Part shown: positions 57,204-64,000 of the stretch, piece after piece | Position numbering within the stretch: position 1 is the stretch's first letter | Layout: each line of letters begins with the position of its first letter | Assembly (NCBI GenBank): GCA_964016885.1 | Contig: OZ024745.1 | Coordinates: 48,732,001 to 48,796,000, forward strand | From: Eledone cirrhosa | Lineage: Eukaryota | Direction of reading: 5' to 3' | DNA length: 64,000 nt | Translations under genes and position numbers: made by a program | Notes under the pieces: model-generated | Seen by the model: the letters and a program-made list of their open reading frames with translations, nothing else | Told to the model about the DNA's origin: nothing | The model's database searches: none

Positions 57204-58737
57204 CTGTGTGTGACTGTGTGTTTGTATGTCTGTGACTGTGTGTCTGTGTGTGTGTGTGTGTCTGTGTGTGTATGTGTGTGACTATGTGTGTGTATGTCTG
57301 TGTGTGTATGTCTGTGTGTGACTGTGTGTGTGTATGTGTGTGACTGTGTGTGTGTATGTGTGTGACTGTGTGTGGCTCTGTGTGCATGTCTGTGTGTGAC
57401 TGTGTGTGTATGTCTGTGTGTGACTGTGTGTCTGTGTGTGTATGTCTGTGTGTGACTCTGTGTGTGTGTGTGTGTTTGTATGTCTGTGTGACTGTGTGTC
57501 TGTGTGTGTGTGTGTCTGTGTGTGACACTGTGTGTGTGTGTATGTGTGTACGTGTGTGACTGTGTGTGTGTATGTCTGTGTGTGTATGTCTGTGTGTGAC
57601 TGTGTGTGTATGTGTGTGACTGTGTGTGACTCTGTATGTATGTCTGTGTGTGACTCTGTGTGTATGTCTGTGTGTGACTCTGTGTGTGGCTCTGTGTCTG
57701 TGACTGTATGTGTGTGTATGTCTGTGTATGTCTGTGTATACACTTCAAATATTGTCTTGCCTCATTTCATACTAAATTACTCCTACTTTCCAATGAGATG
57801 TCATGGAAGTGATAATATAGGGGGTGTATTAATATCCATAAGCTAAGCCAAAGGTTAATTCACTTCCTTTCCCTACAACCTCCACAAAAGTACCCAGTGA
57901 CTTCATATAAAATTGGTTAAAAGGCTTCGAGTTATCTATTTAGCCAAACATGCATAAATTAAGTGGTGCATTCCAAGTATACTAATATTTATATGATATA
58001 TATATATCTACCTATCTCTCTCTCTCTCTCTCTGTATATATATATATATATATATATGAAAAGTGTAATTTTCTACACAAAACGAAGGTTATAGAGAAAA
58101 TTGAGGTTGGTAATGGCACATGAATATATAAGAGACAGAATACTTTTTTGTGAAAAAACATAATTTTATAAGGTAAGGAAATAATAAAGGGTATAAAAAA
58201 TGACCGGTTTCGATGGGTCTGCAAAAGCCATCTTTTCAAATGTTGATTAATATTAAGAAAAATTAATAATACGAAGAGTTAAAATTTGAGACTTGAAAAT
58301 TCAAGTATAAAATTCATTGTGGGATTTCATAGCAGTTTTCATCTAGGTAGCAACAACAGGTTGACTGCTGTGTCTCTTTCAGAAAGGGACACAGCAGTCA
58401 ACCTAGATGAAAACTGCTATGAAATCCCACAATGAATTTTATACTTGAATTTTCAAGTCTCAAATTTTAACTCTTCGTATTATTAATTTTTCTTAATATT
58501 AATCAACATTTGAAAAGATGGCTTTTGCAGACCCATCGAAACCGGTCATTTTTTATACCCTTTATTATTTCCTTACCTTATAAAATTATGTTTTTTCACA
58601 AAAAAGTATTCTGTCTCTTATATATTCCATGTGCCATTACCAACCTCAATTTTCTCTCTATATATATATATATATATACTTCAACAGCATGTATACATTC
58701 TAATAAATGTGTGTATACATTTTTGGGGGACACCCTG

Positions 58738-58768
<31 letters not shown>

Positions 58769-59238
58769 ATGATGATGATGATGATGATGATGATATATAT
58801 ATATATATATCATCATTTTCATCATCATTTCATTTTACGTCCGCTTTTCCCTGCTTGCAAGGGTGGTACGTGAACTGATTCTGGCTTGATTTCTACAGCT
58901 GGATGCCCTTCCTAACACCAACCTCATTTACAGTGAGTGCTGGGTGCTTTTTTGCCGTGGCACCTCCACGACCACTTTGCAGTGGAATAATAGGGACCCC
59001 AGTCCCTATCATCTCATTTCTACAGCTGAGTAAACTGGAGCAATGTGAAATAAAGTGTCTTGCTCAAGGAAACAACACATCACCCAGTCTGAGAATTGAA
59101 CTCACAACCTTTCGATTGCAAGGCCAATGCTCTAACCACTAAGCCATGCGCCTCCATATATACAGGGTGTCCCCCCAAAATGTATACACATATTTATTAG
59201 AATGCTGTTCAAGTATGTATACAATTTTGGGGGACACC

Positions 59239-59283
<45 letters not shown>

Positions 59284-60421
59284 GTCCTAAATGCAAAGTA
59301 TGGGTGCATAAAAGATGTAGTGGGATCACAGGTAAGCTAACTAAGAACATAGATTTTACATGTGGCCGGTGCTCTGGTGCAATAAGTAGCAGCAAGTGCC
59401 CACAAACTACTAGCTCTTTCAATTGCGCAGAGGGTTCTATAGAAATAGTGGACAGCTTCCGTTACCTGGGCGATAAAATCAGCAGTGGGGGAGGGTGCTC
59501 TGAAAGTACTGTAGCTAGAGTCAGAACTGGTTGGAAAAAGTTCAGAGAGCTTATACCACTATTAGCTGCTAAAGGGTTCTCACTAAAAATGAAAGGCAGG
59601 TTGTACGATGCCTGCATACGAACAGCAATGCTGCATGGCAGTGAGACCTGGGCATTGTGTGCAGAGGATATACGCAGGCTAGAGAGGAACGAAGCTTGCA
59701 TGCTCCGCTGGATGTGTAACAGTAATATACGTGAACGGCAAAGCATAAACGAACTAAGGAAAAAATTAGAGATAAGAGGGATCAGATGTTGTTTACTCGA
59801 GAGAAGGCTACGTTGGTATGGACACGTGATGCGCATGAAAGTCGATAGCTGTATAACAAAGTGCAGGGCAATAAAGATAGACGGTAGTCACGGAATAGGC
59901 AGACCTAGAAAAACCTGGGACGAGCTGATAAACTCCGACATCACACACTTACACCTCTCCAAGACAATGTCACTGGACCGAGACCTTTGGCGGTACTCAG
60001 TAACAGAGAAGACCCGCCTTACCTAAATATATAGTAAAACCTACTCCAGCCAGTAGGCATCTCTAACAAAATACACCCCGTCCCACCACCACCACCCCCA
60101 CCCGATCCACACCACCCCGTTCTATGTAAAGTTATGTTGGTGCCGCGCCATCGAGGCCGAAACAAATGAGATCGTGTAGGTGTCACGACAAAAAAACACA
60201 CAGTCCACGCTGTAATGTGGCCGTGTAGGCAACACGGTAAAAACCTCCCAGACCCACACTGTAAATGTGGTTGGTGTTAGGAAGGGCATCCAACTGTAGA
60301 AAACCTGCCAGACAGTCCTATGCGAGCAAGACAATCACTCTTGCCTCAAGTGGGACTACCCCCGTCCAAACCCATGCAAGCGTGGAACACGGACGTTAAA
60401 CGTTGATGATGATGATGATGA

Positions 60422-60479
<58 letters not shown>

Positions 60480-63400
60480 TATTTTAAGATATCAATACAT
60501 ATTAAATGTATGATGACCATGTTACTTAATAAAAATGCTCAATGGACCTTAGTTCAGAGCATCAATAACTTTACAAGTTTAAAATATATATAGAGAGAAC
60601 ATTTTGAACACATATATAGAGCAAATAATATGTAGGAAAATATACATACTTTAAGATGGTAATAACTCTAATCTCTAAGTCTACTTGTATATTGAACCCT
60701 AGAGTTTACTTGTATATTGAACCCTGGTATTCTACTTTTGTATTGAACCCTACCAGTACTTGTATATTGGATCCTAGCAGTCTGCTTGTATATTGAACCC
60801 TATCAGTTTACTTTTATATTGAACCCTAGTATTCTACTTGTGCCTTGTAGCAGTCTAGTTGTGTCTTTGACCCTAATAGTCTTCTTGTATATTGAACTCT
60901 AGTAGCGTACTTGTATGTTGTATTTTTAGTTCATTCAGTTACTGTACTCTAGAAGTGTACTTGTATATTGTACTCCTGTAACCTATTTTGTTATTGTACT
61001 CTGGTAGTCTACTCAGATATTGGAATCTAGTACTTAATATTGATTTCTAAATTTAGACTCAAGGTCAGAAAATTTGGGGGAAGGGCAAATTTGATTAAAT
61101 CAACCCCAGTACTTGACTGGTACTATATTTTATCAACTTCAGAAGGATGAAAGGCAAAGTTGACCTCAGCAGGATTTGAACTCAGAAGGTAATGGGCCAG
61201 AATAACTGCTGCAATGGCATTTTATCCTACACTCTACAAATGTTGCCCATCAACCAGTCTACTCTAGTATTTAATATTTAATACTGTCACTTTTTGAGGC
61301 AATATTTTACAGTTAGATGCCGTTCCTGACACCAACCCTTTTAGTCACTTCTTACACCACATAGTGGTATGGTGTATCTATTCTGTACTGGATACACGTG
61401 GTTACAGTTTTCTTAAATACTGCTATATATCTATCAAAGACTTGGAGTAAACACTTATGTGTTGAGTGTTACTGCTCTCTGTCACTGAAAGCAGGAGTCA
61501 CTGTCTCATCAGGTGGTGAAATAACTTTGTAGAAACTTTGGACTTTGACATTAGAACTACCCTGGGTCACCCGCTAATGTAGGCAACAAAATGCCTGCAC
61601 AACAGCAGGAAATTAGGTGAGTCTCGTGAATCAATATCTTTGAATCAGATATCTTTGTCTACTTCATTGCTTGATTCTATTTGATGACCACTTCTCCCTG
61701 TTATATTACTCCTTTGTAATAGCATTGTTTTTATTAATTCTATTGAGCTGTTACCTCACTTTATCAAAGGTATTGTTGGGTTTTTTTTGTTTACATAGTT
61801 CATGGAAGTTGGTCACCATGGAGTCGATGGGGTCTGTGTACTCTCTCCTGTGGTAAAGGACAGCGTAAAAGGTTCAGAACTTGTACTAGACCAGCACCTG
61901 AAAATGGAGGAAGATCATGCCCTGGTTCTACAGAAGAGATGGACTACTGTAATGTGCAATCTTGTCCAGGTAAGTAATTTGGGGTAGAATTTCAGAATAA
62001 ATACAATCGCTACCACCACCACAACCAATATCACATAGTTTTTATTTATTTTTATAAAAAATATAATTAAATACCGGAAATGAAATTCTGCAAATAATAA
62101 TTTTAGAAATACTCCATTTTGTTTTCAATGTTATCTGTTTCATTACCATATGCATATTATTTACAAAGGTTTTTGAAAATAATCAAGAATTAGGAGGAAT
62201 TTAATAATATAACAAACTTTTTCATTAATAAGCTGGTGCTTGGGACGTAATTTCACAAAGGTTCTAACATAAAATTATAATGGAAGGCTATTTTTATTAT
62301 AAAGCAGTGACATTAATTGCTAGAGCTTTACACCTGAATTCTTCTGGAGCTGAATTGAATTTTAAGGTGGACTTCAGAAACAAAAAAAAAACATTGATAT
62401 TTGCAAGAGAAAATTAACATGAACATGAACTTTCTAAACATATGGTAGTGTTTTTCAGATATGATTTTTATTGAAAGACATTTGGTCTCAACATGTAAGC
62501 TTCTCTATTTTTGTCTCTGTTTCCTACATTTTGTCATGTGGGACCTTGCACAAAATACACAGAATCTTATCATTAGGTACAGCAATGATTTAAACTTTGT
62601 TGACTGAGACTGAATAATTTCATTATTTTGATAGCAAACCACCTGAAACTAACCCTGCTTCTACTATTCAAAAATATTTGTTTTAAAGTGCTTATATTTA
62701 TCTAAAAACCTTCCAGCATGTAAAACAATTTTATGTAAGAATATTTGTTAAATTATGCTCCAAATACCAGCTATATAATGAGAAAATTAGTAATATTAAT
62801 AAATCCATCCAAATTCTTGATTATTTTCAAAATTATTTAAAAAACAATGGCTGTTTTTCATTCTAAGTATTGAAATGAAAGGGTTGAATAAAGGTCCATT
62901 GTATTGTGGCTTTTATCATTAATATATTATGATGGCATTAATGACTAATTAAATGAACGGTAATATGAGTGATAACTGAATTGATATAGAAATTTAGAAA
63001 TCTAACCCACTTTTCATTTGAAATAAAACATTGGTCTTAATATGTTCTTATATATTTGTATTATGTATTATTTCCCAGTGGATGGTGAGTGGTCTGAATG
63101 GAGTGAATGGTCAGCATGCAGCAGAACATGCAAAGGAGGAACACGAGAACGTACCAGAATGTGCTATGAACCAAAATTTGGTGGACAAATCTGTCTTGGA
63201 GACAAAATACAACTACAAAAGTGTAATGTTAAAAGTTGCCAAAGTAAGGATTTTTCAATTATTGCTAAATCTATTGAGAATACATCAACATCAAGTAACA
63301 TCACTTAATCTTCCCTATAAATCAAAGATCTATAAGAGAAATCAGTATTATTTAGTGATTTTATTTGTCTTTCTACATTATTGTCAACATTAACACACAC

Positions 63401-63888
63401 TAATAGCTGTGGTCATTTTTATTTGAGACAGAAGCAATACTCACAACCATTTTGAGCTCTCAAACTCTGTTGTAAGCATTTAGGCCAGGTTTCCAGTTTG
63501 AGGATACTTTCTTCCTAACTTCCCATCAATCTTAGAGACAAGAAAAAGAATTTTGGACTTAGCACTTCCCTTCTTTACTAAATCATTAAAAAAAAAACAT
63601 TACTAAGAGAAAAAGTTTCACTATATTATAAAGTAGTTCTATTAATCTTTACATAAAAGTAATTAATTTGTTTAAACTTGAACTTTTTATTATCTGCACC
63701 AAATACACAATATTACTGTTTAGAAATTCAAATTTATTTTTCAGGAAATATTGTTAAAGCACTTGGCAACATCATTGGTGTTGTGAATGATCGGAATATT
63801 TCAGGAGCCTCACTGACGGCTCGTGTTGTTACAAAAAAAGAAAAGACACTGGTTAAAGGAACCGCAAAAAAACTTCCAAAGGTTATTG
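1..63888 (+). CDS. HMCN1: Hemicentin-1-like extracellular matrix protein, internal multi-exon portion (12 Ig I-set, 6 TSP1, start of G2F); gene extends beyond both window ends
   Basis: 25 exons with canonical AG/GT ends and compatible phases give one ORF. The order tandem Ig (VPP..C..G.P.P.I.W..D.G.Y.C.A.N.AG), then 6x TSP1 (W..W..CS.TCG.G.R.R.C), then G2F is the hemicentin architecture. Confidence 0.93.
1073..1354 (+). CDS. Hemicentin exon 2 (Ig)
   Basis: acceptor tttgcag; VPPSIDESN...[13 protein letters not shown]...[13 protein letters not shown]...LEVF; donor G|GTAAGT. Confidence 0.92.
1965..2017 (-). ncRNA. Decayed type I hammerhead motif
   Basis: Minus strand GTCTTGT CTGATGA T TCTGTG TGAG TGCAGA T GTAA CTC CA GAG TA ACAAGG; GAAA mutated to GTAA. 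Confidence 0.55.
2486..2770 (+). CDS. Hemicentin exon 3 (Ig)
   Basis: acceptor tttcag; VPPTIRRN...[16 protein letters not shown]...[10 protein letters not shown]...LKVH; donor G|GTAAGA. Confidence 0.92.
6166..6320. repeat. ~150-bp fold-back element
   Basis: ATTCGACC/GGTCGAAT, CTATGGTTTCTG/CAGAAACCATAG, TGACTTC/GAAGTCA, CAGATGAG/CTCATCTG, TCTTCA/TGAAGA nested pairs; TA flanks. Confidence 0.75.
8258..8548 (+). CDS. Hemicentin exon 4 (Ig)
   Basis: acceptor caacag; VPPMIQNEK...[13 protein letters not shown]...[14 protein letters not shown]; donor G|GTAAGA. Confidence 0.92.
9372..9653 (+). CDS. Hemicentin exon 5 (Ig)
   Basis: VPPKIESP...[13 protein letters not shown]...[14 protein letters not shown]; donor G|GTGAGT. 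Confidence 0.92.
10144..10205 (+). ncRNA. Decayed type I hammerhead motif
   Basis: GATC CAGATGA GCTGG..ATGAGAATATTCTCAT CCAGC ctggt GAAA CATATG TT GATC; core CTGATGA mutated to CAGATGA. Confidence 0.6.
10470..10745 (+). CDS. Hemicentin exon 6 (Ig)
   Basis: VPPKIETSG...[13 protein letters not shown]...[14 protein letters not shown]; donor G|GTAAGA. Confidence 0.92.
11160..11805 (-). mobile_element. Degenerate RTE-like LINE fragment (related copy at ~24780-25170, -)
   Basis: Minus strand VEEFKY-like motif; shared sequence with 24900-25170 (ctatgatctctcaattc...ctacctggagt...ggtcattacccaag). Confidence 0.6.
12014..12157 (+). CDS. Hemicentin exon 7 (N-half of Ig)
   Basis: absent from ORF track; acceptor tatcag; [48 protein letters not shown]; donor G|GTAATC. 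Confidence 0.9.
12724..12852 (+). CDS. Hemicentin exon 8 (C-half of Ig)
   Basis: [43 protein letters not shown]; donor G|GTATGC. Confidence 0.9.
13085..13225 (-). mobile_element. 3' tip of CRE-like non-LTR retroelement
   Basis: DFLRKVG...[24 protein letters not shown] resembles the CRE C-terminal motif (L.QRLS.AIQRGNA). Confidence 0.55.
13683..13872 (+). CDS. Hemicentin exon 9 (N-part of Ig)
   Basis: [63 protein letters not shown]; phase-2 donor AG|GTAGAA. Confidence 0.9.
14326..14809. mobile_element. Tc1/mariner (pogo/Tigger-like) non-autonomous element
   Basis: Degenerate TIRs TACTGTAAATACTCATATATAAGCC / TTTATATATGACTCTATATATGGTA; internal TATAAGCC repeats. Confidence 0.6.
15340..15422 (+). 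CDS. Hemicentin exon 10 (C-part of Ig)
   Basis: phase-2 acceptor ttttag; (R)[27 protein letters not shown]; donor G|GTTAGT. Confidence 0.9.
15941..16337 (+). mobile_element. tRNA-derived SINE with RTE-like tail (family copies at ~8594-8986 +, ~58815-59155 -; older relatives at ~1630, ~20790-21085 -, ~33190, ~46530, ~55395)
   Basis: A-box TGGCTTAGTGG, B-box GAGTTCAATTC, central CCTTGAGCAAGACAC domain, tail ggacgtaaaa(tga)n like the RTE 3' end. Confidence 0.85.
16355..16840 (+). mobile_element. Degenerate RTE LINE 3' end
   Basis: [33 protein letters not shown]-like frame followed by a TGA-repeat tail. Confidence 0.7.
16839..17191. repeat. Complex (TA)n microsatellite
   Basis: TA runs with periodic TTTA/TGTA interruptions, directly abutting the PLE palindrome. 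Confidence 0.95.
17192..18293 (-). mobile_element. Penelope-like retroelement 3' fragment (GIY-YIG endonuclease plus 3' UTR/pLTR), left arm of palindrome
   Basis: ORF 17766-18239: Cys-rich linker, then VVYSIRC...[16 protein letters not shown], the GIY-YIG motif of PLEs; flanked by TA-rich microsatellite. Confidence 0.88.
18294..19305 (+). mobile_element. Penelope-like retroelement 3' fragment (GIY-YIG), right arm of palindrome
   Basis: ORF 18323-18796 encodes the same protein as 17766-18239; reverse complement of 17256-18268. Confidence 0.88.
19820..20007 (+). CDS. Hemicentin exon 11 (N-part of Ig)
   Basis: VPPVIEETG...[17 protein letters not shown]...GILTIQGVL; phase-0 donor GTTGGT. Confidence 0.87.
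21413..21668. repeat. 256-bp fold-back element
   Basis: Arms pair along their whole length; outer 28 bp CCTCAGATAATGTCAACCTCTGATGCAC are a perfect inverted repeat. Confidence 0.85.
22072..22153 (+). CDS. Hemicentin exon 12 (C-part of Ig)
   Basis: acceptor tttcag; [27 protein letters not shown]; donor G|GTAACA. Confidence 0.9.
22913..22991 (-). ncRNA. Type I hammerhead ribozyme, apparently intact
   Basis: Minus strand TTACC-A-CACG CTGATGA GCC TGGATG TTT CATTCCA TTCTTTT GGC GAAA CAAATCT ATTC AGGTTTG TA CGTG GGTGA: full core, stems I/II/III pair, GUA cleavage triplet. Confidence 0.85.
23387..23518 (+). CDS. Hemicentin exon 13 (N-half of Ig)
   Basis: [44 protein letters not shown]; donor G|GTACAA. 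Confidence 0.88.
23672..23803 (+). CDS. Hemicentin exon 14 (C-half of Ig)
   Basis: [44 protein letters not shown]; donor G|GTATTA. Confidence 0.9.
27543..27722 (+). mobile_element. Second SINE family, young copy (others at ~575-730, ~12260-12680, 49815-50000, 50527-50622, and - strand copies at 53045-53465, 61065-61230)
   Basis: CTGAGTTCAAATCCCGCCGAGG B-box plus conserved core GCCTTTCATCCTTACGGGGTCGATAAAATAAAGTACCAG (recalled as Meta/Nin-like; family name not verified). Confidence 0.8.
31600..32100 (-). mobile_element. Highly degenerate LINE RT fragment
   Basis: [19 protein letters not shown] resembles the RT motif AF.D..KAFDS. Confidence 0.5.
33905..34138. mobile_element. piggyBac-like MITE (relatives near 8570-9070, 10800-11050, 62620-62890)
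   Basis: TTAA-CCCTTTTGATACC ... GGTAACGAAAGGG-TTAA. Confidence 0.7.
35189..35440. repeat. ~29-bp minisatellite, ~8 copies
   Basis: unit GGTTGATCTATGGTGGATAGTAAACCACA. Confidence 0.9.
38984..39137. repeat. 49-bp tandem repeat, 3 perfect copies
   Basis: CAATCATTTACTCATTAAATCTCTATTGTGGTACTAATTTGGGTTTCTA at 38984, 39033, 39082. Confidence 0.95.
45086..45249 (+). mobile_element. Penelope-like reverse transcriptase fragment (frameshifted)
   Basis: GLYHDDGLL...GPRV / [37 protein letters not shown] matches PLE RT motifs GLYRDDG and NFLDVTL. Confidence 0.75.
45341..45662 (-). mobile_element. 3' UTR/tail fragment of the same RTE family as 59280-60425
   Basis: Reverse complement of 60105-60425; one substitution seen by eye. 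Confidence 0.88.
46080..46128 (-). ncRNA. Minimal type I hammerhead ribozyme with palindromic stem III (PLE type)
   Basis: Minus strand ATGTCTT CTGATGA GGGTC CAATTA GACCC GAAA ATCGAT TA AAGATGT; UUA triplet. Confidence 0.85.
46302..46489 (+). CDS. Hemicentin exon 15 (N-part of Ig), after 22.5-kb intron
   Basis: [10 protein letters not shown]...[16 protein letters not shown]...[10 protein letters not shown]; phase-0 donor GTGAGT. Confidence 0.9.
47102..47183 (+). CDS. Hemicentin exon 16 (C-part of Ig)
   Basis: [27 protein letters not shown]; donor A|GTAAAT. Confidence 0.9.
47877..48048 (+). CDS. Hemicentin exon 17 (N-part of last Ig)
   Basis: [11 protein letters not shown]...[13 protein letters not shown]...LPNNSLR; phase-2 donor AG|GTAAGA. 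Confidence 0.9.
48303..48638. mobile_element. hAT-type MITE
   Basis: TIRs CAGGGTTAGATTTAA / TTAAATCCAGTCCTG with a perfect 8-bp target duplication CTTGACAC on both sides. Confidence 0.85.
48854..48951 (+). CDS. Hemicentin exon 18 (C-part of last Ig)
   Basis: [32 protein letters not shown]; donor G|GTGAGA. Confidence 0.9.
49457..49630 (+). CDS. Hemicentin exon 19 (TSP1 repeat 1)
   Basis: [43 protein letters not shown]...DCP. Confidence 0.93.
51459..51637. mobile_element. Tigger-like MITE
   Basis: TACAATGAAATTCCGTTATAAC / ATTATATCGGAATTTTACCTGTA; internal TTATAACG repeats. Confidence 0.6.
51839..52009 (+). CDS. Hemicentin exon 20 (TSP1 repeat 2)
   Basis: [41 protein letters not shown]...KCP; 171 nt. 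Confidence 0.93.
52296..52376. repeat. (TTC)n microsatellite (another at ~24692-24770)
   Basis: pure CTT run. Confidence 0.95.
52594..52764 (+). CDS. Hemicentin exon 21 (TSP1 repeat 3)
   Basis: [41 protein letters not shown]; 171 nt. Confidence 0.93.
53467..54330 (+). mobile_element. Degenerate R4/Dong-like LINE (RT fragment plus restriction-like endonuclease), internally deleted
   Basis: [12 protein letters not shown]...DIGMEFG; KYLGILD; [14 protein letters not shown]; RKPDIVV; D...PWD...EKVEKYQEL...[10 protein letters not shown]; contains stops and frameshifts. Confidence 0.85.
55166..55336 (+). CDS. Hemicentin exon 22 (TSP1 repeat 4)
   Basis: [57 protein letters not shown]; 171 nt; not in ORF track. 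Confidence 0.93.
56370..57740. repeat. Complex (TG)n-based satellite, ~1.4 kb
   Basis: (TG)n interrupted by TATTTGTGCA, then by TATGTC/GAC units; source of spurious H/T and C/V ORFs. Confidence 0.95.
58093..58656. mobile_element. ~570-bp palindromic non-coding element, probably an inverted PLE pLTR pair
   Basis: Arms of ~280 bp are near-identical reverse complements centred near 58381; mirror ORFs 58012- and 58510+; TA microsatellite flanks. Confidence 0.75.
58505..58552 (+). ncRNA. Hammerhead-like motif with U3-A8 core variant (second copy on - strand at ~58197-58244)
   Basis: TTGAAAA GATGG CTTTTGCAGAC CCATC GAAA CCGG TC; stem II and palindromic stem III good, stem I weak. Confidence 0.55.
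58815..59155 (-). mobile_element. SINE copy closely similar to 15941-16337, inverted
   Basis: Reverse complement matches the 15941 copy apart from an internal repeat unit. Confidence 0.85.
59161..59243. mobile_element. 83-bp mariner-type MITE (half copy at ~58680-58739)
   Basis: TA-CAGGGTGTCCCCC(C)AAAA...TTTTGGGGGACACCCTG-TA. Confidence 0.8.
59280..60425 (+). mobile_element. 5'-truncated RTE-clade LINE: ORF C-terminus with PHD-like finger, 3' UTR and (GAT)n tail
   Basis: Open frame to 60026: [14 protein letters not shown]...[44 protein letters not shown]. Confidence 0.9.
60680..61030. repeat. ~26-bp degenerate minisatellite
   Basis: unit TCTACTTGTATATTGAACCCTAG(T/A). Confidence 0.85.
61799..61969 (+). 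CDS. Hemicentin exon 23 (TSP1 repeat 5)
   Basis: [57 protein letters not shown]; 171 nt. Confidence 0.93.
63079..63243 (+). CDS. Hemicentin exon 24 (TSP1 repeat 6)
   Basis: [41 protein letters not shown]...SCQ; donor A|GTAAGG. Confidence 0.92.
63745..63888 (+). CDS. Hemicentin exon 25 (start of nidogen-G2/G2F domain)
   Basis: [48 protein letters not shown] resembles the G2F N-terminus (ARG..IG.IND) that follows TSP1-6 in hemicentins; donor G|GTCTGT. Confidence 0.8.
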
Positions 63889-64000
63889 GTCTGTATACTT
63901 AATTCCATTATAATTGTTTTCACATCTTACACTAAAATTACTCTTCATTTTTCCTCCCCAAAATTTAGCATTAAAAACATATACCAGTAACATAAGATCT

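Noticed and set aside
56228-57846. Long His/Thr- and Cys/Val-rich ORFs (up to 268 aa)
   Set aside because: Translations of (TG)n/(CA)n satellite; no domain content
61440-61520. Minus-strand CTGATGA with hairpins
   Set aside because: GAAA absent and stem I does not pair; too decayed to call

Overview
AT-rich eukaryotic genomic DNA, dense in microsatellites and SINEs. The repeat content suggests a cephalopod such as Octopus (inference). The whole window lies inside one + strand gene, a hemicentin (HMCN1/him-4-like). I traced 25 GT-AG exons in one continuous reading frame: 12 Ig I-set domains, 6 thrombospondin type-1 repeats and the start of the nidogen-G2 (G2F) domain. The introns hold tRNA-derived SINEs, RTE, R4 and CRE LINE fragments, several MITEs and Penelope-like (PLE) remnants. 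The most striking unexplained structure is a set of type I hammerhead ribozyme motifs. Two look intact, and both are antisense to the gene; one of them sits in a 471-bp retrozyme-like unit. Another is a U3-A8 core variant duplicated in a ~570-bp palindrome, and several more are decayed. There is also a ~2.1-kb near-perfect PLE GIY-YIG palindrome, an inverted RTE-tail pair bracketing an in-frame 8-exon block, and a candidate alternative terminal exon in the 22.5-kb intron. All coordinates were read by eye and no searches were run.
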